Part shown: piece after piece, positions 13,200 through 25,668 of the stretch
Layout of the letters: every line of letters begins with the position of its first letter
Numbering within the stretch: the stretch's first letter is position 1
Position numbers and translations under genes: made by a program
Notes under the pieces: model-generated
Databases searched by the model: none
What the model was told of the DNA's origin: nothing
Seen by the model: only the letters and a program-made list of their open reading frames with translations
Origin: Leucoraja ocellata
Lineage: Eukaryota
DNA length: 64,000 nucleotides
NCBI GenBank assembly: GCA_036785375.1
Contig: JAWMAR010000020.1
Coordinates: 5,146,001-5,210,000 of the forward strand
Direction of reading: 5' to 3'

Positions 13200-14110
13200 C
13201 TTACAGGTGGGGGGAAGGTTGAAATACTTCTTAAAAGAATGGTGTTGGGTTACTAAGGATCCATTCATACTGCACAGTATAGAAGGATTCAAAATTTAGT
13301 TCAATTTAAATTTATCACCACCACCAACACATTCTAATACTCGCACATATGTCTTTTCCCAAAAAGAGACAATGGATATACAAAAAGAAATTGAAACGCT
13401 ATCTGACAATAATGTCATTGAGAGGTCATACACGGAACCTCACCAATTTATATCCAATATTTTTCCAAAAGAGAAAAAAGATGGAGAGATCCGTATTATT
13501 TTGGATCTTACAGAACTAAATACATATGTGCAATACAAACACTTTAAAATGGACAATTTTGGAACAGCAACTCAGTTGGTTTCCAAAAATGGCTATATGG
13601 CATGCATCAACCTAAAAGATGCATACTATTCGGTGTCTATTCACAAAGAGTATAGGAGATATTTGAAGTTTACCTGGATGGGTCAATGATGGCAATACAA
13701 GGCTCTGCCAAATGGGTTGACATCAGCCCCTAGACTGTTTACCAAATTACTTAAACCAATTCTGGGGCTGCTAAGATCTCAAAATCACATAGTCATGGCA
13801 TATTTTGATGACATCTTTGGAGTTACCAAAGAATTGGCGGAAGCAATAGTCAAGGCAACCAAAACCCTGTTTGAAAAACTTGGGTTCCTAATCCATCCAG
13901 TAAAATCAAAATTAACTCCTACCAAGGTAATTGATTATCTAGGATTTACTATCAACACAGTAACCATGTTGGTGACCTTGCCAAAAGGCAAACAAAAAGA
14001 CTTGCGGAAAGCCTGCAATGATCTGATAGAAAAAAACACAAACCAACTATCAGACAAACAGCAAGTGCTATTGGCAAATTGGTAGCTGCCTTTCCTGCAG
14101 TATGCTATGG
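13200..14110 (+). pseudogene. DIRS reverse transcriptase (disrupted)
   Basis: FISNIFPKEKKDGEIRIILDL, LKDAYYSV, LPNGLTSAPRLFTK, YFDD, YLGF. Stop at 13687-13689 and frameshifts. Confidence 0.9.
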
Positions 14111-15079
14111 ACCTTTGCATTACCAGTATTTACAGCGGGCATTGAACGAGCATTGAAATTGCATGCAGGTCAGTTTGGCAAATCAATGCGGTTACCAGCT
14201 GAAGCCATTATTGAACTACAATGGTGGATGACAAACATAAGACTCAGCTCAAGGGAAATCTTAATTAAGAGCCCTTCAGTGTTTCTCCAAACCGACGCAA
14301 GCGGGTTAGGATGGGGAGCCACTAACACAGCCAGGAGCTGTGGAGGCAGATGGAATGAGCAAGAGTCAACTGTACTGCAACAATATGGAATCAATTACCT
14401 AGAATTGTTGGGGGCACAATATGGACTCAAGTCTCTCTGTAACAACATGCAACATGTGCATGTTCAAATTCAGATTGATAACACTACTGCGGTAGCATAT
14501 ATCAATCACATGGGTGGTGTAAAATCTGTATCCTGTGACAAATTATCTAACCTCATTTGGCACTGGTGCATCGAGAGGGATATTTGGGTCATGGCAGTAT
14601 ATCTACCAGGAAGATATAACACGGTGGCAGATGCAAGGTCACGAATGTTTAATGACAACATAGAATGGATGTTGAATTGTACGGTATTTAATGAAATAAC
14701 TATACAATTTGGCACTCCAGATTTGGATCTGTTTGCATCTAGATTAAACCATCAATTACCCAGATATGTGTCCTGGGAGCCAGACCCAGGAGCAGAGTCA
14801 GTGGATGCCTTTTCCCTAAACTGGGGAGGAATGTATATTTATGTATTCCCTCCATTCTGCCTCATAAACCGATGCTTGACTAAAATCAAGCAAGACAAAG
14901 CCACAGGCATTTTAGTAGTACCAGATTGGCCTACACAAGCCTGGTTACCAAAAATACTGGGGATCATAGTCCAGCCATTAATGGTTGTACCTAAGAGGAG
15001 AGATCTCCTAGTAAACCCAGTTTCAGGGAGCAGCCATCCACTTTCTGACCGGATTGATTTGTTGGTTTGCAGATTCTGA
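14102..15079 (+). pseudogene. DIRS RNase H plus Dam-like N6-adenine methyltransferase domain
   Basis: RNase H motifs TDASGLGWG, INYLEL, IDNTTAVAYIN, NTVADARSR, then DLFAS...DAFSLNW...YVFPPF...VPDWPTQAW, the MT domain of DIRS1-like elements. Confidence 0.88.
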
Positions 15080-16046
15080 GGAGGCCATTTCAAGACATTG
15101 GATTATCCGAACGAACTGTGGATGTCATCACAAAGGCTTGGAGGGACATTACCAAAAAACAGTACGCCACTCGTATTAAGAAGTGGGACGCTTTCTGCCA
15201 TGCAAACGATATAGCATACAACACAGTTTGGATAACGGATATCTTGGAGTTCCTATCAACCCTGTACTATGACTATAAATTAAGTTATAGCGCAATCAAC
15301 AGTGCCAGATGTGCACTATCCTCCTATTTGACACTGGAGGCAGGGCACGGGCCGATAGGAACGCACCCCTTGTAATAAAATTCATGAAGGGAATTTACAA
15401 TTCGATACCCCCAAGGCCTAGATACACGAACACATGGGATGTGAGCATGGTACTGACCTTACTTCGTCAGTGGGGACAGCCAACGGCCTTATCTTTGTCT
15501 AAACTAACATTGAAAGTGGTAATGCTGATGGCGCTAATAACAGCCCAAAGAGTCCAGACACTACAAAAACTACGACTGGACTACATGACCAGCAACACGA
15601 ATAATATAACATTCGTTGTCAAGGACCTGATCAAACAGAGCAGGCCAGGAATGCCAGGGATGAAGATCCAGTTCCTGGCATATCCAGAGGACCTACGATT
15701 GTGTGTGGTAACACATTTACACCACTACCTGAGAGTCACGGAAAACCTCAGAGGCTCAGAACAATCGGTCCTCATCAGCCACAAGAAACCACACCAAAAG
15801 GTGTCGACACAAACTATCTCCAGATGGTTAAAGGAGGTAATGGTGGTAGCGGGAATAAATACTCATATCTTTAAATCTCACTCCACCAGGGCTGCATCTA
15901 CGTCGGCAGCAAGAACGATGGACATGCCCCTTGATGACATCCTAGCAGCTGCAGGATGGGTGAACGAAACGTTCCAGCGGTTTTATAATAAACCCATAAT
16001 CGGACCAGGGGTATTTGCTCGTGCCATCTTAAGTTCTGTTACCTAG
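15067..16046 (+). pseudogene. DIRS tyrosine recombinase (one frameshift near 15370)
   Basis: Catalytic R (AQRV), HSTR, GW and terminal Y (FYNKPI). N-terminal domain is ORF 15067-15375. Confidence 0.9.
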
Positions 16047-16242
16047 CTTTCCCACAGGTTTGGAGGGGAAGCAAATAAAACATTTATTTTTCCATTTATT
16101 TTAAAGCATCAGTGTCGTTACTAACTACGTTATGTCTGAATGCTTTAACAATAATCTCATTCATGGTCAATCCATTCAGTGAGTGATGCCTGGATTCGTA
16201 GCCGGCGTAAAATCACAAAGCTTTGAAATCTTCACGTAGTCA

Positions 16243-16341
16243 CTCACGTGACTCCGAAGTAAAATAGTAAGATTAAACGAGAACTTACCAGTTTGAAGTT
16301 TGATCTTGATTTTATGAGGAGTTACGATGAGCGAATACGTG
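16243..16341 (+). repeat. DIRS internal complementary region (ICR)
   Basis: 16243-16265 is the reverse complement of 12487-12509. 16273-16341 is the reverse complement of 16498-16566 with 2 mismatches. Confidence 0.9.
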
Positions 16342-16566
16342 CCCACCGCTCCCACCCTCATATTATCAAGGTCACATGGAAGTACTAATTTTTTTTCTTT
16401 TCACAATCTTACTATTCTCAGGTCTTCTCAGGTTAAATCTGTGATTTAACACCGCTGCTTTGAAGATTGACGCGCACGCAGACGGACGGCCCTTCTTCAC
16501 GTAATCGCTCATCGTAACTCCTCATAAAATCAAGATCAAACTTCAAACTAGTAAGTTCTCGTTTAA

Positions 16567-17469
16567 ACCATATAACCATATAACAATTACAGCACGGAAA
16601 CAGGCCATCTCGGCCCTACAAGTCCGTGCCGACACAACTTTTTTTACTTTAGTCCCACCTGCCTGCACTCATACCATAACCCTCCATTCCCTTCTCATCC
16701 ATATGCCTATCCAATTTATTTTTAAATTATACCAACGAACCTGCCTCCACCACTTCCACTGGAAGCTCATTCCACACCGCTACCACTCTCTGAGTAAAGA
16801 AGTTCCCCCTCATGTTACCCCTAAACTTCTGTCCCTTAATTCTGAAGTCATGTCCTCTTGTTTGAATCTTCCCTATTCTCAAAGGGAAAAGCTTGTCCAC
16901 ATCAACTCTGTCTATCCCTCTCATCATTTTAAAGACCTCTATCAAGTGCCCCCTTAACCTTCTGTGCTCCAGAGAATAAAGACCTAACTTATTCAACCTA
17001 TCTCTGTAACATAGTTGTTGAAACCCAGGCAACATTCTAGTAAATCTCCTCTGTACTCTCTCTATTTTGTTGACATCCTTCCTATAATTGGGCAACCAAA
17101 ATTGTACACCATACTCCAGATTTGGTCTCACCAATTGTACATTTTAACATTACATCCCAGCTTCTATACTCAATGCTCTGATTCATAAAGGCTAGCATAC
17201 CAAAAGCTTTCTTTACCACCCTATCTATATGAGATTCCACCAAGGAACTATGCACGGTTATTCCCAGATCCCTCTGTTCAACTGTATTCTTCAATTCCCT
17301 ACCATTTACCATGTACGTCCTATTTTGATTTTTCCTGCCAAGGTGTAGCACCTCACATTTATCAGCATTAAACTCCATCTGCCATCTTTCAGCCCATTTT
17401 TCCAAATGGCCTAAATCACTCTGTAGACTTTGGAAATCCTCTTCATTATCCACAACACCCCCTATCTTT
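16567..17469 (-). mobile_element. 5'-truncated CR1 LINE nested in the DIRS right terminus
   Basis: RT C-terminal ORFs 17082-17453 and 16727-17134, (ACCATATA)n tail, TSD GTTTAA at 16561-16566 and 17475-17480. The 3'UTR differs somewhat from the copies at 160 and 45274. Confidence 0.93.
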
Positions 17470-17492
17470 AGAATGTTTAATCTTGCTATTTT

Positions 17493-17570
17493 GGATGATT
17501 AGCCATGATCGTATTGAATGGAGATGCTGGCTCGCAGGTCCTAATGGCCTACTCCTGCACCTATTTTCTA
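17493..17570 (+). mobile_element. Old CR1 3'UTR, right part after the DIRS insertion
   Basis: GGATGATTAGCCATGATCGTATTGAATGG...GGCCTACTCCTGCACCTATTTTCTA matches 26213-26297. Confidence 0.8.
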
Positions 17571-20230
17571 GAAGAGGATTGAGGAATCTTCCCGATTACT
17601 TGTTCTAAATCTGTACTAAACACAAGCAGATTAACAAGACATGCATCTCATTGCTGACCTAGCTGTATGAGTGATGGCTACCACATTACCCTGTAGCTGT
17701 GATCCACAACTACCTCAGGTCCAGATTGACAATCCAAATCTTCTGAGGAGGACAAGTAACATGAAGGTGGAGATTTGGAACTTCCTGAGAGGCCCAGACT
17801 GTGTAGTATCCTCTTCTTACAGTTTAACTGAGAAATCTGGTGCCGAACGCAGACTGGATTACAACTAGCCTTGTAAATTGAATACAACTTGATTTCAGTG
17901 TACAAGAGAAACTCATGGTGAATTTGACAAATTTCAGAACATTTGTATTTTTTTAATTTAATTGCATTAACAATATGTTTTAAAGTATTTTATTGTTTTA
18001 ATGTTTCCAGTGTTTAAGAATTTTACTTATCTTTCAGTTTATTCTTGGTTGAATTAAAAATGTTTAATGATATGATTGATTTTAAAATATTTAATTACTT
18101 TTTAGAATGCTTGAGCAGTCTGTCAGTCATTGTTCTGCGCAATGTTTGACTTCTGTCAGTTGTTCAGACTAGGGGATCAGCCGATAAATGGTGCAATGTT
18201 ATTGCTGAGCAGACTATAGCTTTAAGGTCCTGTCTGGGAGGGTGTTGACCAAAATGATGGCCACACACTATCTACAATGAATACACTGGGACATCACCTG
18301 CCCTGCAGATGATAGAGGTACAGTAGGTGTAGTGTGGGAATGGCGAATAACGGAGACAGCTCTTAAGAATATAAGGATGAAGAGCAGTGGTGTGCCACTT
18401 GGTCACTCAAACATGCTTTACCGTTCATCAAAATCATGGCTGCTTTTCAAACTCAGCCCCATTTTGTTGACTGATCCCCATCTCCCTTAATTCCTTTGAG
18501 ATCCAGAATTCATTCAAGATTGGAGAATTCCAAAGATTCACATCTCAGGTCTTATGTACACTTTAGGAATTTTTTGAGTGGGAATTTTCTTCATCTCCAT
18601 GTTAAAAAATGGTGTATCTCTGACAGTTGCCACCTTGTCGTGGCGGAGAAGCTTGCGTGTGCATAAGATCCTGAGAAGGTTACCACCAGACCATACCTTC
18701 TGGAGGTATGCACCTGGCAGGGCCGTCCATGGCAGACAGAAGGTCAAAGGGGAATTTCCTGACAAACCATGGCCCGAGAAGAAAAGCTCAACAGTGAAAC
18801 AGGCAGAGAATAGTGGCTGGCCAGTGAATGGAGCATCATTTTTGCTGAGAATGCAGAAGAAGAGTGCTGTAGAAACAGACACCCAACCTGCTGTTGAACC
18901 TGGGCCTGGCTCTGTCAAAGACTGTGTGGTGGCAGTCCATGCGCCCGCCTCCACATCCACTTGGAGTGATATACCAAGTCTGTGACTCCAGTATCGGTGT
19001 CTACAGCTATCTCAAGCCCCACAGAAAGGACTAGCCAGGTGGAGAATCATACTCGACCTCAACTGATCTCTTAGGTCAAGACTGAATCCTCTAGTTCCAG
19101 ACTCCTTAGCCAAGGGAAACATTCTCTCTTTGAGCACTCTGTATCTTTTAGATGTTTCAATGTTCAGGAGAGTCGGAATGGGCAGAACCATGTAGCAGTC
19201 GGGATTGGATCTGCAGGTAACTGGCCATGCACCACTGCATTTTAAAAAGTTATTTAATGTAAGTGAAACCCTCGGGTCTTATTGAAAAGATGTGCAGAAT
19301 TTTAATCACAGGTATTGTTATATACTAATAGTAATAGAAATACCAAATTGTTATTGCAATAAATAATGTGAAAATATGTACAAAGTAAATGGCACAAGTT
19401 ATAGAGGATAATTTGGACATTGATTGAAAGCGTTTATGCAACAAAAATGAATCAATCTTGAGCTGTAAATCAACATAACCCCTCCCTCCCTTATGTTTGT
19501 TATAGCTTTCCAATGGACCCAACCTCACCTGTTCTCACTGTTGCCAAGGTCTCAGTTCTCACTGTCAATGTTCCCTGGTTGCCAAGTACTAAAAGGAAAG
19601 GCTGAAAACAAAATGGTTACAAGTATCTCCTGCTGGTTGTATTTAATACATGAAAGCTCTCGTGCTTTTACACCTCCTCACCGCACCTTTGTTCCTAAAA
19701 TAGTGCAGTGCCAAAAGAAGCAGTGTCCAGCCACTCTGCCATTTGCCAGCCGTTCCGTACTAATCTGCTATAATACTTACTCAGCGGCAGTGCGTGCAGA
19801 TTAATCTTTATTACTTATAGTTCCCTGGGGTGCAGACTTCTTATTGGTCTGATCAGTTCATCAGGTCTGCAACGTGCTCATCAATCTCCCTTGAACCTGC
19901 CTGTGCCGATGCTGTGATTAGCTTATCTGTCAGGACCCAGTGACCAGTAGTGAAGGGCTGAGCAAACCGCATAGAAGAGATGGCATCCCCCTTTATAAAA
20001 AAAAAAGAGAGTTGTCCCACATGAGCTATTATTTAAATGTTTTGGTGATAAATTTACAGAGGAAGTAAAATGCTTTAAAAGCCATTGACCCTTGTTCTAT
20101 TATGTCTCAGTGTCTGCGCTGCTGGACAGTTTACCCAGAGGAGTGCAGCTCTCCAGAAAGAGATATGAAACACTGCTGATGAAGATTTAGTGCAGAAGCA
20201 TGCTGGCTCTCTCTTTACCCTCTTAACCTC

Positions 20231-20570
20231 TGTATACATGTGTGTGCGCATGTGTTTGCATGCGAGTGTGTTTATGCAAGTGTGTGTGTGTCCACGTGTA
20301 TGCATGTGTGTATGCCTGTGTATGTATGTATGTGCGTGAGCGGGTGTATGCATATGTGTGCACGTGTGTGTGTGTGTGTCCATGAATGTGCATGTGCGGA
20401 AGTGTATACATGTGTGTGCGTGTGTTTGTGTGTGAGCCTGTGTATGCACAAATGTGTGTGTATGTGTATGCATGTGTGTGTGTGTATGTGTGCCTGTGCG
20501 TACTCACACATGCAAGCGGTGCATACGTTTAGGTACGCGTGTCAGTGGTTGTCGCTGTGCATGTGTGTGA
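20231..20570. repeat. Degenerate (TG/CA)n microsatellite
   Basis: Alternating purine-pyrimidine TGTGTG/TGCATG run. Confidence 0.95.
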
Positions 20571-21695
20571 GGCAGACTTGTGATTCTTTATCATACTTCA
20601 CCACCAGCCTACGGCATGGCTGTACTGTCGATCCACACTTGGTTTGCTTGTTAACTGGGTAAGAAATTTAAATTTACGTTGACATGCAAAACAAATGAAA
20701 TACGGTGAAGTGCACATGTCATTATTGCCACAAAGTGGTCGCACTCTCTGATCCACTGCCCCTTTTTCATTATAACGTGCACAGGTTCAATTTAAACACA
20801 AATACTCCCCTCTCTAAGCTTATACGCAGCAATCTGAAAATGTCACAATTGATTCACCATTCAGTAAAACAATGAACACAATGAAATTATAGTTTCTTTT
20901 AATAACATTCACAGTTAATAATATGGGATAAGCATTAAAATAATTTAAATTGTAATTTTAACATGGGTGTTAATAGCAGAGCTAATTCATCAATGAAAAG
21001 CATTAATTTGACAATCAGTCTGGGTACTGCAGTCTGGATTTTGCATGCTGTGCTGCAGTATGTTGTAGGAATATACTGTTTAAACCAGCTGCAAGACATG
21101 CATTACACACACATATGTTCTGTGACTGTGCAGAGGCCGAGTAGCATTGTCTTTACTGGCACTACATCAAGGGGAGTTACTCTGAAACTGATCCTTGTTT
21201 AAGGAATCAATGTAAAGTTACAACACGACCTTATGTTTTAGTTGTTAATGAAGGATCAGTCTATCATCACATATATGTCATCGTCGATTTTGTTTGAAAT
21301 ATTTATTGAGTGATATCTTACATTTTGTCATTGGAGGCAAGTGGACATTGTGAGAAAGTGTGACAGGGTTAAAGCTGGTGAGATGGGTTTACCTTTCTAG
21401 TTACAGTAACAGTTGAGCTATCCATGTGTAAAAAGGAGATCTCTAGGTGCCTTCTCCCTTCCGTTTCTTCCTCCTCCTCTGGTTGCTACTTTTCAGCTGC
21501 TCACCATATGGCTGGTGGCACAGGCTGCACTTCTGTGTTGGCAGAACAGTGCATTGTGAAGCAGGTCAGCACAATTTTTAACAAATACCAATTACTGCAG
21601 AGCATATCTAGAAAAGACCAGGCAGACGAGGCATTGTTTTAGTACCTCTGTGATCAGCTCTATCCAGTTTTGTATGTACAGCAAAAGCATGCCAT

Positions 21696-21768
21696 GTGAA
21701 TGAATGTGCGTGTATGCACGTGCATGCGTGTGTGCGCGTGCATGTGTGTACGCAAGTGTGTGCGTGTA
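21696..21768. repeat. Degenerate (TG)n microsatellite
   Basis: Direct reading. Confidence 0.85.
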
Positions 21769-22109
21769 TTGAAGTAAAATACCAAACTTTGAACGTGATT
21801 GAAATCATATATTTCCTTGTATTTAGTGTGCGCCATTATTTCACCTCGAATCTTGTTGAGTTTATTATCATATGCAAAGGTACAGTGGGGCAGTGAGCTA
21901 AAGGTGCAAGGATGAACTTGCTTGCAGCAGCATCACAGGCACATAGACTCAGCCAACACACAACATCAGTACAAAAAAATACAAGATGCTAGTGCAACAT
22001 ACAATTTGAAAAAACAAAACAAATCCATGGTGGTGTGAGACGTGGACCACAGTGTTCCTTTGCTCAGGTAGGATTCGGGCTGTGCAGGTTGGTTCAAGAA
22101 ACAAAAAGG

Positions 22110-22257
22110 TATGTTCTGTGCCTTTTCATACCTCTACTTTCCCTCTCCCCTGACTCTCAGTCTGAAGAAGGGTCTCGACCCAAAACATCACCTATTCCTT
22201 TTCTCCAGCGGTGCAGCCTGACCCGCTGAGTTACTACAGCATTTTGTGTCTATCTTT
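22110..22257 (+). repeat. Non-autonomous Penelope-like tail with hammerhead motif
   Basis: CAGTCTGAAGAAGGGTCTCGACCCAAAACATCACC...GACCCGCTGAGTTACTACAGC. Confidence 0.75.
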
Positions 22258-22518
22258 GGTTCAGCAACCTAATGGTTGAAGGAAAGTAGCTGTTCCTGAA
22301 CCTGGTGAAGTGCGACTTTAAGCTTCTCTACCTCCTGCCCTATGGTGGGAGCGAGTCATTATTTTCCAGTGTGTTAAACGTAGTTGACATTGATTATTGA
22401 CAGAAACATTGTTAAAATAGAAGCCTGGTTGTTAAAGCAACCAAATATCCCACCTCCATTACACAACTGATAACATTGAAACATTTGAGGTGGCTTAGCC
22501 TCTGGTTTGAAATGTTAA

Positions 22519-22600
22519 CCATATAATATAACCATATAACAATTACAGCACGGAAACAGGCCATCTCGACCCTTCTAGTCCGTGCCGAACACGTATTCTC
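22519..22600 (-). mobile_element. 82-bp extreme 3' tip of the young CR1 family
   Basis: Near-identical to the tail at 45281-45360. TSD TGTTAA at 22513-22518 and 22601-22606. Confidence 0.9.
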
Positions 22601-22729
22601 TGTTAATCGATCTTATTTCCCATCAAACTTAAAATAACGGATTTTTTTAGTATTATATTTACTGCCTCAAAAGCTCAAAAACAGATCTTTGGGTCAAATT
22701 TATCTACACCAGTGACACATGAGTATTTC

Positions 22730-23280
22730 CATTCCTTTTATCCACCCTTTCTGTTCCTTTCTCCCTATGACCATTTGTCAATGCGCCATTACCTCAATCA
22801 TTGGCTCACTGTCGCCCAAAAACCAAGTGGACGAGCCCCATAAATATCATGGCTACAAGATCAAAGTCTGGCAATATTGGAGTAACTCACCTCCTCCAAC
22901 CTAGGGCTGTTCCATCATCGACAGACATGAAATAGGAAGACAACAGAATACTCTCCAAGGCGTGGATGAATGCAGCACTAATAACTCCCAGTTTGACAGC
23001 ATCCAGGAAAACAGTTTGCTGTCTTTACACTCTATCGACCACCCTAAACATTCATTACCTCTATCACCAACGCACAGTGTCATGCCATCTATAAAATGCA
23101 ATGGAGTTACTCACTCAGTCCACTCTGACAGCACCTACCATCGACAACCTGCAAGATGGGTGAGGGCCCCACCACTTGCAGGCTCCCCTGCAAGTTACAA
23201 ACCCTGCCGACCTGGAAATAACTCATCCGTCATCCACTGTCGCTGTTCTTCAGTCCTGGAACTCACTCCCCAACAACACA
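22730..23280 (+). mobile_element. Ancient LINE (CR1/L2 group) RT C-terminal remnant
   Basis: Degenerate EYSP..WMNAA....LDSIQ-like coding. A related remnant is at 53170-53348 and 54211-54400. Confidence 0.45.
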
Positions 23281-24719
23281 TTAACATTTCTCATCCCACA
23301 GATGCAGCTGAACCTGACGAGTATTTTTAGCACTTGATATTTGATTTCAGGCACACTATCACCTTCCCAGATGATTTACAGTTGGGCAATAAATGCTAGC
23401 TGGTGCCACCTTGATCTGAAGAAAAGAACCTGCTGTCTGTATTCTCGGCAGTCTTTCCTGAAATCCCAATTGAATTTATCAGTGATTGCCTACGTTCTGT
23501 TTTTTGCACATTTTTCTTTTCACTGTCTTGTAGAATTTATCAGTAATTTTGTATGTGACGACACATCCTCACAAAGGTCCTCTCCAATCCGATACCTGAC
23601 ACCGACAGACAGGCAAAAAAGAAGCCTACTAGCAGAGCCTGGCTGCCAGGAAGCACCAGCCGTCTGGACCAAAGATCTGATAGTAGAGCAAGATGGCCTA
23701 CTCCTACGCAAAACACGTAGTACGGTCACGGGCAGATTCATGGGTGATTATAGGACCCATTTTAGAAACCAGCCTCCGCCATCTTGTCTGCTATAGGATC
23801 TTTGGTCTGGACTGAGCTGAAGCCCCATGCAAATGAGCCACAGGTGGGACCAATAAGTGGTTATTGGATCAACTCACCTGCACCTTGTCAGCTCCACTCC
23901 TTACTCACCCTGGAGAGAAAGAGAGAAAAAGGGAAACAATAAAAAAGCGAGAAGGAGAGAAGAAATGTTTATTAATTGTGTCTCCTCAGTGATAACTAAG
24001 GACTATCCCTGTGTACGGCCCTGGGCCTTCTTGTCACCATTGTCTATCTTTGGGAATAAACCATATTACGTGAGTTCATCCTGCTATGAATGTCAGTGTA
24101 GTCATTGTCAAGCCGGTGTCATGATCGATGCATCTGTACATATTATGTATGTGTGTGATGTCGAGTCTGTGCGATTGTAATGCTGCTGCAAACATTGTGA
24201 TTTTCATTGTGCACAGGACAACAAATTCAACTTGACTTGGCCTGACTGGAATCCAGATTGTATCTGGATGTCTCTGCATCTGGATCCACCCACCTACATT
24301 AACCTGATCCCAATAGGTTGGGCTGACTGCACTGGCACACTCTACCTGTAACTCTTTCAGCAAAGTGGAATGGGCTGTAGGTGGGAACAAGGCTGCAAGT
24401 GAGGCAAAGGCCTCGGGTGTTGAACCCAGAAGTCTTGCCCCTGGGAAGGCCTGATGGCCTTTGACAGCTTATTGCTGCCAAATGCCTTTGAGCTATTTTG
24501 GCCAGCTCTGCTTATTAAAATGTATAAATCATTTTAAAATGGGGGGGAAAAAAAGATTGAATGAAATTGGCAAAATAAATTATTCAAAATGTTACAGTAT
24601 AATAAAATGAACAAGTCATAGACTTTAAGGTTTAAAAAAAATAGTAGATACTTGAAATCCAAAATTAAATGAGCAAATATTGGAAACACTCAGACACCAT
24701 CTGTCAGAAGTGAGGGTTA

Positions 24720-24946
24720 AGGGCCTGTCCCACTTGCCAATTTTTTCGGCGATTATCAACATCATTGACTGTCGTATCAGGTCACCGAATAAATTGCGGC
24801 ATGATGCGGTGTGATGACAAATAAGATGTTTTTTTAAATGCCACAACGTTTTTTTTGTCGCCGCTGGATTTTGAAATGTTAAATCTTTTGGTAACACTGA
24901 TATGACGCCGGCAGTCGCCGAAAAAAAACGCAGTGGGACAGGCCCT
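24720..24946. mobile_element. PIF/Harbinger-like MITE
   Basis: TIR AGGGCCTGTCCCACT / AGTGGGACAGGCCCT, flanked by TTA (24717-24719 and 24947-24949). Confidence 0.85.
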
Positions 24947-25357
24947 TTAATGTTTTGGGTCTGAGACATTTTTATCTGTTTGATGAGTCTCACGATCATA
25001 GATGTCCCTTTTGATCAACCTACCCCTTCTCCACCTATCTTACTAAAAGTTAATTTGATTTCTCTCTTTCTTGATTCTCCTGAATGGTCTGGGACTGAAA
25101 CATTAATTTTATTTCTTTCCACAGGTGCTGCCGGACCTACTGCATGTTTTCAGATTAGTTATCTGCACATCCCTTTTCACTTGACGCAGATTTCCCCATT
25201 CAAGCGAGGCAACGTTGAGAGTTGAGCATGAGGTGAGATGAGCCGGCACTCAACCTCCAACACACCTCCGACGTTAAGGTTGTAATAGAAGTCAGGTCTG
25301 AGCTGACCAACTATGAGAGAGCATCAACCACAGAACTACTGGCCATAGACAAGCACA

Positions 25358-25668
25358 GGCGGCATGATGGCGCAGCAGTAGAGTTGCTGCCTTACAGTGC
25401 CCGAGACCCAGGTTCGATCCTGACTATGGGTACTGTCTATACAGAGTTTTCACATCTTCCCCATGACCTGTGTGGGTTTTCTCCGGATGCTCCGGTTTCC
25501 TCCCACACTCCAAAGTCGTACAGGTTTGTAGATTAATTGGTTAACGTAAAATGTGTACATTGTCCCTAGTGTTTGTAGGATAGTGTTAGTATATGGGAAT
25601 CGCTGGTCGATGCGGACCCAGTGGGCCAAAGGGCCTGTGTCCATGCTGTATCACTAAACTAAACAAAA
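25358..25668 (+). mobile_element. Full-length tRNA-derived SINE (HE1/V-SINE-like)
   Basis: A box TGGCGCAGCAGTAG, B box GGTTCGATCC (25411-25420), body, CR1-like tail GGGCCTGTGTCCATGCTGTATC plus CTAAA repeats. Confidence 0.88.

Larger units (their letters stand above)
12487..17492 (+). mobile_element. DIRS1-like tyrosine-recombinase retrotransposon (decayed, internally deleted at left, CR1 inserted in right terminus)
   Basis: Domain order gag-RT-RNase H-MT-YR. The ICR (16243-16341) is the reverse complement of the left terminus (12487-12509) and of the right terminus (16498-16566 plus 17481-17492). Confidence 0.93.

Noticed and set aside
14102-16046. Methyltransferase plus integrase as prophage or bacterial contamination
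   Set aside because: Domain order, RT type, ICR and nesting among vertebrate repeats identify a DIRS retrotransposon.
18538-18985. Opposing 135-140 aa ORFs in a coding-like stretch
   Set aside because: No motif recognised and no convincing splice context; possibly an old repeat.
19919-19935. TAGCTTATC resembling the miR-21 5' end (also seed-like matches at 2643 and 5848)
   Set aside because: Match stops after about 9-12 nt, with no pre-miRNA hairpin.
20075-20662. Several 79-140 aa ORFs rich in H/T or C/V
   Set aside because: Translations of the (TG/CA)n microsatellite.
25358-25430. tRNA-like A/B boxes here and in other copies
   Set aside because: SINE heads; no cloverleaf or terminator, and they continue into the SINE body.
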